Below, piece by piece: positions 30,569 through 39,211 of a stretch of DNA of 64,000 nt (position 1 is its first letter; every line of letters starts with the position of its first letter). The position numbers were made by a program, and so were the translations under genes. This stretch comes from Gemmatimonadota bacterium (GTDB taxonomy: Bacteria > Gemmatimonadota > Gemmatimonadetes > Palauibacterales > Palauibacteraceae), in the NCBI GenBank assembly GCA_039585235.1, contig JBDGWG010000002.1, positions 27,346-91,345 of the forward strand, read 5' to 3'. Under the pieces are notes generated by a model. That model saw only the letters and a program-made list of their open reading frames with translations. It did not search any database and had not been told where the DNA came from.

Positions 30569-30961
30569 ATGGGGGAAGGACGAGTCCCAACCTGGTATGC
30601 GGCCACGGGCCTGCACGGAGAAAACTCGCTCGTCTATGGGGCCTTTCAGAGGTTCCTCCATAACCTCCCGATTTCCTACACCGCCCTCGCCGGGGCGGTC
30701 GGGGTCTCGCAGCCGGCGGTCAGCCGCTGGGCCAGCGACGTGACGCACCCATCGTTGAGCGAGATGGCCATGGCAGTCGACGTCGTGCGGGCTCGACTCG
30801 ATGAGCTCCAGAGTCAGACGGAGCGTTTCTCGGAGGTTCTTCGGCTCATCGAGGAAGCGATGCGCCTGTACGATCTGGAAGCGGATGGGCGCGCCGACAT
30901 CGATCGGCACCAGCAGCGCATTACGGAGCGTCTACGGGCGGAGCTCGGACTGGCTTCCTGA
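30569..30961 (+). CDS. XRE-family helix-turn-helix transcriptional regulator
   Basis: ISYTALAGAVGVSQPAVSRWAS HTH motif and a coiled-coil C-terminus. It is divergent from the ECF sigma gene, and I used the ATG at 30569. Confidence 0.65.
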   Translation: MGEGRVPTWYAATGLHGENSLVYGAFQRFLHNLPISYTALAGAVGVSQPAVSRWASDVTHPSLSEMAMAVDVVRARLDELQSQTERFSEVLRLIEEAMRLYDLEADGRADIDRHQQRITERLRAELGLAS

Positions 30962-31002
30962 CGTCAGCGCCGACCGCGCAGCAACACAGCAACACGGGGA
31001 TC

Positions 31003-31397
31003 GGAGATCCGCGGAGGGGGGTAAGCCGGGTTCTGTAACGGGCCGTGAGACCCGCTGAGGTCATCTCTCTGGGACGCCGGTCACCCGGCGCCTCGTGCAG
31101 CCTACCCGGAGCTCGAGCGGGGCGGGCCGCCCCATCGCTCCTGCTTGGCCTTGCTCCCGGTGGGGTTTGTCGTGCCGCGGCCGTTGCCGGCGCGCGCGGT
31201 GGGCTCTTACCCCACCGTTTCACCCTTGCCTGTGCGGTCGGCCGAAGCCAACCGCCATCGGCGGTCTATTCTCTGTGACACTTTCCGTCGCCTCGCGACG
31301 CCCGGGCGTTACCCGGCACCGTGCCCTGCGGAGCCCGGACTTTCCTCGAGCCGAGCCTTGTGGCCGACCCGCGACCTCATCCCCCTCCGCAGCTCCG
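31003..31397 (-). ncRNA. rnpB: RNase P RNA (bacterial type A)
   Basis: The minus strand contains GAGGAAAGUCCGGGCUCC (P4 5' strand) near the 5' end, GGGUAACGCC in the middle, and ACAGAACCCGGCUUAC (P4 3' strand) near the 3' end. The terminal helix pairs GCGGAGGGGG with CCCCCUCCGC. A TATACT -10 box lies just upstream at about 31403-31408. Boundaries are +/-10 nt. Confidence 0.85.
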
Positions 31398-31432
31398 GAA
31401 CTAGTATACACTGTTCCCGGGTCCTTTGTTTA

Positions 31433-31485
31433 CGCGGTGGCGAGGCATCCCGTCGCCGGACTAGACTGTGCGCCTCGCCACCGCG
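31433..31485. repeat. perfect 14-bp GC-rich inverted repeat (cgcggtggcgaggc ... gcctcgccaccgcg) with 25-nt loop, immediately upstream of the rnpB promoter
   Basis: Read directly from the sequence. Confidence 0.7.
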
Positions 31486-31591
31486 TCCCGGGGGTAGCCC
31501 TAACATGCCGGGGGCGGAGCGTGTTCTTTGATGAGGGTGCCGGGCGCGGAGGCACCCGGCGTCGGCCAGGAAGGGAGAGCCTCGAGTCTCG

Positions 31592-32734
31592 ATGATTCGG
31601 TCCGGATGGAGAGCGCTGCTCGTCACGACGGTCGTGGCGGCCCCGTTCGTGGGGCGACTGGGAGCGCAGGAGCCGCCTCGGGCGGACTACTACGTGTACG
31701 TGGCCGCGGAATCGCAGGACGAGGTGGCGCTGATCCGCTTCGGAACGCGGGGTGCGGAGGTCGTCCGGACGATCGAGGCCTCTATCAACCCGGCTGACAT
31801 CGACGGCCCGCACGGAATCGCGGTCGCGCCCGACGGGTCTAATTGGTACGTGTCGATCGCGCACGGGTTGCCGTACGGGCAGATTCAGAAGTTCACGACC
31901 GGTTCCGATCGGAAAGTGGGAGCGGCGGAGGTCGGACTCTTCCCGGCCACCCTGGCGGTGACTCCGGGCGGGCTGCTGTTCGCAGTGAATTTCAACCTGC
32001 ACGGTGATCCGGTACCGAGCTCAGTATCCGTCGTGGAAACGGAGGCGATGACCGAGATCCGGCGGATCGCCACCTGTTCGATGCCCCATGGGTCGCGGCT
32101 ATCGCCGGACACGAGACGGCACTACTCGGTATGCATGATGGACGACCAGCTGGTGGAGATCGACGTTCGCGAGCTCGCGGTCAGCCGCCGGCTGTACCTC
32201 GCACCGGGGGGTGAGCGCGATCTCCCGCCGGAGACGCTGGAATCGGCCGACGTCGTAGGGAGCCGGCCGGGAGCGGACGGCGCCGCGCGGTGCGGCCCGA
32301 CCTGGGTACAGCCGTCGCCGGACGGAAGCCGGGCCTGGATCGCGTGCAACAAGAACCGGGAGGTCCTGGAAGTGGACCTGGAAGGCTGGCAGGTGAGTCG
32401 CCGGCTCGGTACTGGAGCCGGCCCGTACAACCTCGGCGTCACGCCGGATGGGGCCACCCTGGTGGTTACCTACAAGGGCAATCATGCGGTGGGGGTGTTC
32501 GATCTCGGCGACGGATCCGAGCGAGCGGCGGTTCCGAGCTCGAGGCGCATACCGCACGGTGTTGCGGTGAGCCCGGACTCCAGGTACGCCTTCATCACCG
32601 TGGAGGGCATAGGCAACGACCCGGGCACCGTGGACGTGATCGAACTGGACAGCGGGTCGCGCGTGGCATCGGTGGATGTCGGCCGGCAGGCGGGCGGCAT
32701 CGGGTTCTGGAAGATGGAGCGGGCGGAAGACTGA
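31592..32734 (+). CDS. YVTN-family beta-propeller repeat protein, secreted
   Basis: Signal peptide followed by repeats of about 40 residues, each containing P(D/N)G (IAVAPDGSNWYVS, LAVTPGG, LGVTPDGATLVVT, VAVSPDSRYAFIT). Confidence 0.75.
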   Translation: MIRSGWRALLVTTVVAAPFVGRLGAQEPPRADYYVYVAAESQDEVALIRFGTRGAEVVRTIEASINPADIDGPHGIAVAPDGSNWYVSIAHGLPYGQIQKFTTGSDRKVGAAEVGLFPATLAVTPGGLLFAVNFNLHGDPVPSSVSVVETEAMTEIRRIATCSMPHGSRLSPDTRRHYSVCMMDDQLVEIDVRELAVSRRLYLAPGGERDLPPETLESADVVGSRPGADGAARCGPTWVQPSPDGSRAWIACNKNREVLEVDLEGWQVSRRLGTGAGPYNLGVTPDGATLVVTYKGNHAVGVFDLGDGSERAAVPSSRRIPHGVAVSPDSRYAFITVEGIGNDPGTVDVIELDSGSRVASVDVGRQAGGIGFWKMERAED

Positions 32735-32853
32735 GCGCTGGCGCGGACGGGGCTGAAACCTCGGCGCCGTGCTTCTCGTCGAACCGTGCAGGGTCGGGCG
32801 AGGAGATGGGCGCCGCGACCTTCATAGAAACGTCAGGATACCAGGAGATGGAA

Positions 32854-33528
32854 ATGCCCAACTGGACGAAGGGATGGCCGGCGCAACTCACGGGTTCCGT
32901 GATCGCGACCGTCCTGGTGGCGCTCGCGGTCCCCGGCACGGCAATGGCCCAGTCGGCGGACGACGAGCGGTCTCCCGACGGCTTCGAACTGACGGGTTAC
33001 CTCGGAGCCTACCTCCCGTTGGCCAAGCTGGCCGACTCCGGTGACACGCTGTCAGCCGAGTTTTCGACCAAGGTGGCGTTCGGTCTCGGGGTCGAATACT
33101 GGTTCGGTAATTTCGGGATCGCAGTGAACGGGAACTACTCCAACCCGGACCTTACCCTCCAGATCTCGGAAGACCAGGGTTTTCCGACGTCCATCGCGCT
33201 CGGGGCGACGGACCTGTGGATGGCGGCGGCCAACATTCTGTGGCGACCTCAACTGAAGGGAAGCGCAACCATCGTCCGCCCGTACTTCGGCGCCGGGCCG
33301 GGCGTCGTGAAGGTCGGGTACCCGCAGGACGAGGCATTCGACATCCAGGACGAGACGCGTTTTGCGATCTCCCTCGTCGGAGGCGCTCAGGTCGAGCTCA
33401 GCTCGGGCTGGTTCGTGCGTCTGGACGTGCGGGATTATATTTCCAAGCTTGACACTGAGCCGTTTGCCGACACCAAGACTCAGCACGACCTGATCACATC
33501 GATCGGCGTCGGCTACGCGTTCCACTGA
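32854..33528 (+). CDS. outer membrane beta-barrel protein (OmpW/OmpA-like porin family)
   Basis: Signal peptide ending AMAQSA, alternating amphipathic beta-strands, and an aromatic C-terminus ...GVGYAFH. The start was chosen at MPNW, where an AGGAG RBS is well spaced. Confidence 0.65.
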   Translation: MPNWTKGWPAQLTGSVIATVLVALAVPGTAMAQSADDERSPDGFELTGYLGAYLPLAKLADSGDTLSAEFSTKVAFGLGVEYWFGNFGIAVNGNYSNPDLTLQISEDQGFPTSIALGATDLWMAAANILWRPQLKGSATIVRPYFGAGPGVVKVGYPQDEAFDIQDETRFAISLVGGAQVELSSGWFVRLDVRDYISKLDTEPFADTKTQHDLITSIGVGYAFH

Positions 33529-33577
33529 GGCCGGCACGCCCGGCTCACTGCGAAGCCGCGCCAGGCCGGGGAGCGCC

Positions 33578-34123
33578 ATGGGAAACGCACAGCCACGAGT
33601 TCTCATATCCGAGGAGGACATTCGCCGCCGAGTTGGCGAGCTCGGCGCGACGATCGAACGGGACTACGCCGGGGTGGACGAAATACTCCTCCTCGGCGTC
33701 CTTCGTGGGGCCTTCATCTTTCTCGCCGACCTGGTCCGCCAGCTCACGATCCCCCGACGCATCGACTTCATCGCGCTTTCGAGTTACGAGTACGGTTCCA
33801 ATTTCGCCGGCGGCGTGCGGTTGATCATGGACTCACGGATCAACGTGACGGGCCGGCACGTGCTCATCGTCGAGGACATCCTCGATTCCGGCCGGACTCT
33901 TTCCTATCTCCTCGAGACGTTCCAAGCCCGCCATCCGGCTTCCCTCAAGAGCTGCGTCCTCGTCCGCAAGCCGGGGCAGGAGGTTCCGGTTCCGGTCGAC
34001 TACGTGGGCTTCGACATCCCCGACGAGTGGGTCGTGGGCTACGGTCTCGACTACGGTGACCATTTCCGCGCTCTTCCCTACATTGGCGTGGTGGAGCCCG
34101 AGGCTGGGAACGCGGCCGGCTGA
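33578..34123 (+). CDS. hpt: hypoxanthine phosphoribosyltransferase
   Basis: PRTase motif LIVEDILDSGRTL and an N-terminus typical of Hpt, 181 aa. Confidence 0.92.
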   Translation: MGNAQPRVLISEEDIRRRVGELGATIERDYAGVDEILLLGVLRGAFIFLADLVRQLTIPRRIDFIALSSYEYGSNFAGGVRLIMDSRINVTGRHVLIVEDILDSGRTLSYLLETFQARHPASLKSCVLVRKPGQEVPVPVDYVGFDIPDEWVVGYGLDYGDHFRALPYIGVVEPEAGNAAG

Positions 34124-34463
34124 CGGTCCGTCGGGATGCGGCAGCCCGCCGTCACTGGGAGCGTGGCGCGCCGACCGTTCGGGAAGGGCATACTTTACGC
34201 GGCCTCCAAAGCGTGTTACGTCACAACGTCCCATGCCGGGACCTTGTGACAGGATGTCCCACGTCGCCGGCTCCGCCCCGGTTCGACCACGAAGGTGAAG
34301 GCCCGGTTTTCGGGCACGTCCAGTGTCCCCGGGGGGTACTGTCCACGGGCATGGATGATGCACCACCCGGTGCGGTTTCGTTTGTCTCCCAGTCGGAGCC
34401 ACGCCGGTCCGCCGGCACGCAGGTCGGCGGCCGCCGGAAGGAGAGGCGAGGATAACTTGAACG

Positions 34464-36377
34464 ATGACGAGAGTTCTCTTGGTTGACGATACAGCTGTGA
34501 AGACGCGCGTGGAGACGAACCGGGTCCAGGCGACCCGGTCCCCGCAGTGCACGGTCGAGGTGGTCTCCGATTCCGGCGAGGGCGCCCAGAAGTGCGGGCA
34601 GACTTTCGGCGCGGTCAGCGCGAAGATGGGCAACGGCGTGTGGACGGTGGAGATCATCCCGGCGGAGATCCAGCCGCCCCCCCGGAGCCCGGCCGGCGCC
34701 AGCGGCAACCGGATCCGGATCGGCGAGGAAGTGGTGACCAACTGGGGCGACCGCACGAACGTCGCCATCGCCTTCAACGAGCAGGTCCTGCTCGCCCGGC
34801 ACCGGCTCGATGCGATCGAGGACGATGCGATCCTCCTGGTCGAGAACATGTGGGCCACGCACAAGGACGAGGACATCCGGGCGGAGTGGACCGCGGCGAT
34901 GGAGGAGCTCGGCGCGGCGAACTACCGGATCATCGAAGTCCCGATGGAGGAGGAGTGCCTCACCATCGTGGACAACGCGCGCAAGGGCAAAAATATGTTC
35001 GCGCTCGGCGTCCTGTGCTGGATGTTCGATCGCGACATGGACATCACTCGCGACCAGATCGCGCATGCCTTCCGGAAGAAGGCCCCCGAGATCACCGAGC
35101 GAAACCACGAGCTGCTCGAGCTCGGGTACTCGTGGGCAGACGCTCACCTGGACGTCCGTATCGACGTGCCACCGGGCCTGTCGCCCGAGAACACCCTTGT
35201 GATGAACGGCAACCAGGCGATCGCCTATGGCGCGGTGGCGGCCGGAATGGACCTGGCCGCCATGTACCCGATCACCCCGGCCACGTCGGTCTCGCATCAG
35301 CTCGGTGAAATGTTCTACAAGTTCGGTGGGGTCGTTCACCAGGCGGAGGACGAAATCGCTGCCGCAGGAGTCGCGATAGGCGCTTCGTACTCCGGGAAGG
35401 TGGCGTTCACGATCACCTCGGGCCCCGGCCTCGCCCTGAAGACCGAGTTCCTCGGTTTGTCCGTTATGTCGGAGATCCCCCTCGTGGTGGTGGACGTGCA
35501 GCGGGGCGGCCCGAGCACCGGTCTGCCCACGAAGGTGGAGCAGTCGGATCTCCTGGCGGCCCTTTTTGGCCAGCCGGGCGACGCGCCGCACGTGGTGATG
35601 GCTCCGGCCACGATCGAGGAGTGCTTCCACGCCATGATCACGGCCCGCAGGATCGCCGAGACGTTCCGCACGCTGGTCATCGTGATGACGGACGCCAATC
35701 TGGCCACCGGTGTGCAGCCGTTCGCCCGCCCCGCGCTCGATCCGGCGTGGCAGGGTTCGGCCCCCGACATGTCGCCGGTCGCGGAGGGAAAGGCTCCGTA
35801 CGCTTGGGACGAGGAGACTGGACTTTCGAGGCGCTTCATTCCGGGCACGCCGGGCGGCATGCACACGCTCACCGGTCTGGCGCACGATGAGAACAGCCGG
35901 GTGGCCTACGCCTCTGCCATCAACCAGAAGAGCTCGGCCATGCGGAGCCGTAAGATGGCCGTGCTGCACAGCACGCTCAGGCCTCCCGTGGTGCACGGTC
36001 CGGAATCGGGTGACCTGCTGGTCGTCGGCTGGGGAAGCACCAAGGGCGCGATCGAGGAAGCCGTGGACCGGGCACGCGAGGAAGGCTTCTCGGTCTCGTC
36101 GCTCCACCTGCGCTTCCTGTCGCCGCTCGAGCCCGGTCTGAAGGCGATATTCGGGAGGTTCAAGAAGGTCATGACGGTCGAGATCAACTACAGCGACGAT
36201 CCCGACATGCCGTACATCACGGACGAGAACCGGCGGCGCGGCCAGCTGGCGTGGTTGCTTCGGGCCCAGACGCTGGTGGACCTGGACTGCTGGACACGCG
36301 TGCTGGGTGAGCCCCTGAAGCCGGGGGAGATCCGCGACGTGATCCGGGCCAACGTTGCGAAAGGGGGCGCGGCATGA
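34464..36377 (+). CDS. korA: 2-oxoacid:ferredoxin oxidoreductase alpha subunit (KorA-type, fused gamma/alpha domains)
   Basis: 637 aa with an N-terminal gamma-like domain (SGEGAQKCGQTFGAV) and pyruvate-flavodoxin oxidoreductase core domains. Confidence 0.88.
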   Translation: MTRVLLVDDTAVKTRVETNRVQATRSPQCTVEVVSDSGEGAQKCGQTFGAVSAKMGNGVWTVEIIPAEIQPPPRSPAGASGNRIRIGEEVVTNWGDRTNVAIAFNEQVLLARHRLDAIEDDAILLVENMWATHKDEDIRAEWTAAMEELGAANYRIIEVPMEEECLTIVDNARKGKNMFALGVLCWMFDRDMDITRDQIAHAFRKKAPEITERNHELLELGYSWADAHLDVRIDVPPGLSPENTLVMNGNQAIAYGAVAAGMDLAAMYPITPATSVSHQLGEMFYKFGGVVHQAEDEIAAAGVAIGASYSGKVAFTITSGPGLALKTEFLGLSVMSEIPLVVVDVQRGGPSTGLPTKVEQSDLLAALFGQPGDAPHVVMAPATIEECFHAMITARRIAETFRTLVIVMTDANLATGVQPFARPALDPAWQGSAPDMSPVAEGKAPYAWDEETGLSRRFIPGTPGGMHTLTGLAHDENSRVAYASAINQKSSAMRSRKMAVLHSTLRPPVVHGPESGDLLVVGWGSTKGAIEEAVDRAREEGFSVSSLHLRFLSPLEPGLKAIFGRFKKVMTVEINYSDDPDMPYITDENRRRGQLAWLLRAQTLVDLDCWTRVLGEPLKPGEIRDVIRANVAKGGAA

Positions 36378-37327
36378 GCCTCTCCTGCTGCTCGCTGCTC
36401 ACGCCGGTCGAGGAGGACCGCGAGTTCAGCCTCGAGGATTACGAGGGAGCCCGCCCCCGCTGGTGCTCGGGGTGTGGCGACCACTCCGTGCTCACGGCGG
36501 CGCAGCGGCTCCTGGTGGACGAACAGCTGAAGCCCGAGGAGACGGTGTTCGTCTCGGGGATCGGCTGCTCCAGCCGCTTCCCGCACTACATGAAGACCTA
36601 CGGTTTTCACGGGCTGCACGGCCGGGCGCTCCCGGTCGCCACGGGCGTCAAGCTGAATCGGCCGGATCTCAACGTGTTCGTGGTGATGGGCGACGGCGAC
36701 TGCGTGTCGATTGGCGCCGGACACTGGGTGCACGCCATCAGGTACAACGTGGACATGGTCGCCATGATGCTGGACAACAACATCTACGGCCTGACCAAGA
36801 TGCAGACGTCGCCCACGACGCCGCAGGGCTACAAGAGCAACACTCAGCCGCAGGGAAGCTGGCTCCCGGCGCTCGATCCGCTCGAGGCGACGCTCGGGAT
36901 CACGAACGCTTCCTTCGTGGCGCAGACGGCGGAGTGGATCCCGGCGCACCTGTTCGCGACTCTCCAGGCGGCGTACCGCCATCGGGGATTCGCGTTCGTC
37001 CGCGTGCTTCAGCGTTGCCCGGTGTTCACGGAAGACATCTATTTGGACGCCGTGCGAAACCCGGAGATGGTCGAAATGCTAGATCATCCCGACGGAGTCG
37101 AGGTCCCCGAGTCACTGCGGCAGATATACCCGAACCAGATGCGGCACGACCCGCGTAACCTGGCCGCGGCGCGGGAGATCGCGGCCGACTCATCGCGTCT
37201 CCGGATCGGCGTGTTGTATCGTGACGAGTCCAATCCGCGGTACGAAGAAACCCGACATCTTCCGCTGCACACGGCGGAAGACAAGATCCGAATCCTGAAC
37301 GAAGAGCTGGACAAATATGCCGTCTGA
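36374..37327 (+). CDS. korB: 2-oxoacid:ferredoxin oxidoreductase beta subunit (TPP-binding)
   Basis: CSGCGDHS and the TPP motif GDGDCVSIG. ATGA overlap with korA. Confidence 0.9.
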   Translation: MSLSCCSLLTPVEEDREFSLEDYEGARPRWCSGCGDHSVLTAAQRLLVDEQLKPEETVFVSGIGCSSRFPHYMKTYGFHGLHGRALPVATGVKLNRPDLNVFVVMGDGDCVSIGAGHWVHAIRYNVDMVAMMLDNNIYGLTKMQTSPTTPQGYKSNTQPQGSWLPALDPLEATLGITNASFVAQTAEWIPAHLFATLQAAYRHRGFAFVRVLQRCPVFTEDIYLDAVRNPEMVEMLDHPDGVEVPESLRQIYPNQMRHDPRNLAAAREIAADSSRLRIGVLYRDESNPRYEETRHLPLHTAEDKIRILNEELDKYAV

Positions 37328-38348
37328 CAAGACGACCGACGAGCGCACCGCACGTGCGCTGGACGTCCTCGAAAAGGCACGCGGAGACTTCCACTCGGCC
37401 CTCGTGGCGACGTCGGAGGAGCTCCGCGGCCTGTTGGACGCCGGGAGCGCCACCGCGGAAGCACGGGCCGAGCGCACGGCGGCCGAGCTCGGCGCGTTCG
37501 CCGTAGGGCATATCGATATCGAGAGATTCGCGTCCTTCCAGGAGACCGGTGAGCCGGTGGCGGTCACCGAGGCTCCGAGGATCGAAGCGGCGACCCGGGC
37601 TCTTCAGTCCCTCCTGGAGCACGGCAGCGACCTCTACTTCGTCAGCGTGGAGCCGGGCTCCGACCTGCGCGACGCGGCGACGCGGGCGCTCGGAAGGGCC
37701 GGGCGGGCGTTCGGCGCGGCACGGACGGTGGAGCTGGCGCGCGCCGGCAAGTACGACGAAGGCGCGCACGGCGGGTGGCTGGACAGTTTCCCACCCTCGC
37801 TGTGGAGCCAGCGGGAAAGAGAGCTCGCTCCGCCGCTCGTGATGGAGGTGGAAGGAGCCGACCTGCGACCGGGCGGGCTGGCCGATTTCCTTGATGGCGG
37901 TCAGAAGATCGTGTTGGTGGTTCGCGGGTCCGCCCCTCCAGCCTCGTTGTCCCGGCTCATTACGCCCGGACTACTGGTGGTACAGACCGAGGACCCGGCG
38001 GAGCTGGCCATCGTGGCGGAGGCCGAAGGACCGGCGATCGCCGCGCTCGTCCCGAGCGACGCATGCCGCTTCGTGCACTATCCGGCCCCGGATGGCGGCG
38101 CGGGACGGCTCACGGTGCACCACATGCCTGCGGAGGAGCCGCGACGCGCCCTGGGAAGCATCAGCGTTTTTCAGCAGGTCGAGGCGATGCGGCAGTTGGC
38201 AGCGCTGTCCGCTGGATGGGGACTCGGCGCTTCCGAGACGGCCGTATCGTCCGACGACGGAGCCTCCGGGCCGCCGCCCGCTGCCTCAGCGGCGGACAAG
38301 CTGGCGGCGTGGGTCCTCCGCCAGGCAGACATTTCGGGAACGGGCTGA
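37317..38348 (+). CDS. hypothetical protein (343 aa, Ala/Gly/Leu-rich, no TM, no recognisable motif) embedded between korB and rnfB
   Basis: Long ORF overlapping the korB 3' end by 11 nt, with a 12-nt gap to rnfB. No conserved family was recognised. Confidence 0.5.
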   Translation: MPSDKTTDERTARALDVLEKARGDFHSALVATSEELRGLLDAGSATAEARAERTAAELGAFAVGHIDIERFASFQETGEPVAVTEAPRIEAATRALQSLLEHGSDLYFVSVEPGSDLRDAATRALGRAGRAFGAARTVELARAGKYDEGAHGGWLDSFPPSLWSQRERELAPPLVMEVEGADLRPGGLADFLDGGQKIVLVVRGSAPPASLSRLITPGLLVVQTEDPAELAIVAEAEGPAIAALVPSDACRFVHYPAPDGGAGRLTVHHMPAEEPRRALGSISVFQQVEAMRQLAALSAGWGLGASETAVSSDDGASGPPPAASAADKLAAWVLRQADISGTG

Positions 38349-38359
38349 GGGGGGGACGC

Positions 38360-39211
38360 TTGGACCCTCATGCCATCCTGTCTTCCGTCGCCGTGCTGGG
38401 CGGGGTGGGGCTCACGTTCGGTACCCTGATCGCGATCGCGAACAGGAAGTTGTACGTGTGGGAGGACCCCCGCATCGACGAGATCACCGACATCCTCCCG
38501 GGCGCCAACTGCGGAGCGTGCGGTCTCGCGGGTTGCCGTGCGTTCGCAGAAGCGGCGATCGACGGTCAGATCGCCCCGGCCGGGTGCACGGTGATGGGCG
38601 AGGCCGAGCTGGAGGACGTGGCGGCCATGCTGGGCGTAGATGCCGGCGAGGCCTCGAAGGTCGTGGCCCGCCTGCTGTGCGCAGGTGGCAGCGACGTCGC
38701 GCCGCAGAAGGCCCTGTACGACGGCATCGAGAGCTGCGCGGCCGCCGTTGCGGTGAGTGGCGGCGGGAAGGCGTGTGCGTGGGGGTGCGTCGGACTGGCA
38801 GATTGCGCGGTCGTGTGCACGTTCGACGCGATCCGGATGAACGACGTGGACCTTCCGGTCGTGGTCACGGAAAGGTGCACGGCGTGCAACGACTGCGTGG
38901 AGGCATGCCCGCTCGACCTGTTCGTGCTCATGCCGATGGACCACAAGCTGATCGTGCAGTGCAGGAACCTGCTGGATGGCGACGCGGCGACTGATGTGTG
39001 CGCCGTGGCCTGCAACGCGTGCGGGCGGTGCGCACAGGACGCGCCCGAAGTAGTGACAATGGACGGCGGCCTGGCCGTCGTGGACTATGATAAGATCGAT
39101 TTCGCCGACCCGACGGCGGCGGCGCGCTGCCCCACTGGAGCGATCCGGTGGGTGGAGGGCGCCCAGCACTTCGAGGTCGAGCTGACAGCGGCAGGGAGTC
39201 TAACAGGATGA
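38360..39211 (+). CDS. rnfB: Rnf electron transport complex subunit B (polyferredoxin)
   Basis: N-terminal TM helix, the RnfB signature LPGANCGACGLAGCRAFAEAA, and two further 4Fe-4S CxxCxxCxxxCP motifs. TTG start with a GAGGGGGG RBS. Confidence 0.85.
   Translation: MDPHAILSSVAVLGGVGLTFGTLIAIANRKLYVWEDPRIDEITDILPGANCGACGLAGCRAFAEAAIDGQIAPAGCTVMGEAELEDVAAMLGVDAGEASKVVARLLCAGGSDVAPQKALYDGIESCAAAVAVSGGGKACAWGCVGLADCAVVCTFDAIRMNDVDLPVVVTERCTACNDCVEACPLDLFVLMPMDHKLIVQCRNLLDGDAATDVCAVACNACGRCAQDAPEVVTMDGGLAVVDYDKIDFADPTAAARCPTGAIRWVEGAQHFEVELTAAGSLTG

Noticed and set aside
31045-31626. Overlapping 60-170-aa ORFs on both strands between 31.0 and 31.6 kb
   Set aside because: The region is the RNase P RNA gene (conserved P4 and GGGUAACGCC motifs on the minus strand). 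The ORFs are artefacts of GC-rich structured RNA.
32290-32853. 188-aa N-terminal extension of the OMP beta-barrel ORF (412 aa) overlapping the 3' end of the YVTN gene
   Set aside because: The extension is in a different frame from the YVTN gene, is Gly/Arg-rich, and precedes an obvious signal peptide beginning at MPNW with an AGGAG RBS.
34124-34463. Possible operator-like near-palindromes (gttacgtcacaacgt; tgtgacaggatgtccca) in the 340-nt leader of korA
   Set aside because: Imperfect symmetry and no match I can confidently assign to a known regulator (FNR/CRP/Rex-like). Noted only as the probable promoter region of the kor-rnf operon.
33833-36107. Very long minus-strand ORFs (347 aa and 628 aa) antisense to korA, and similar long antisense ORFs opposite the PFOR (42892..44406, 41389..42756), mutS (16814..18241, 18434..19936), tgt/queA (6301..8392), M16 genes (24537..26477) and opp genes (59475..60947)
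   Set aside because: High GC with GC3-rich codons leaves the complementary strand free of stops. The sense-strand ORFs carry unambiguous family motifs, while the antisense translations are Arg/Pro/Gly-rich with no recognisable domains.
38063-38359. 99-aa N-terminal extension of the rnfB ORF overlapping the preceding hypothetical gene
   Set aside because: The RnfB TM helix and signature begin right after the TTG at 38360, which has a strong G-rich RBS. The extension overlaps the upstream gene out of frame.
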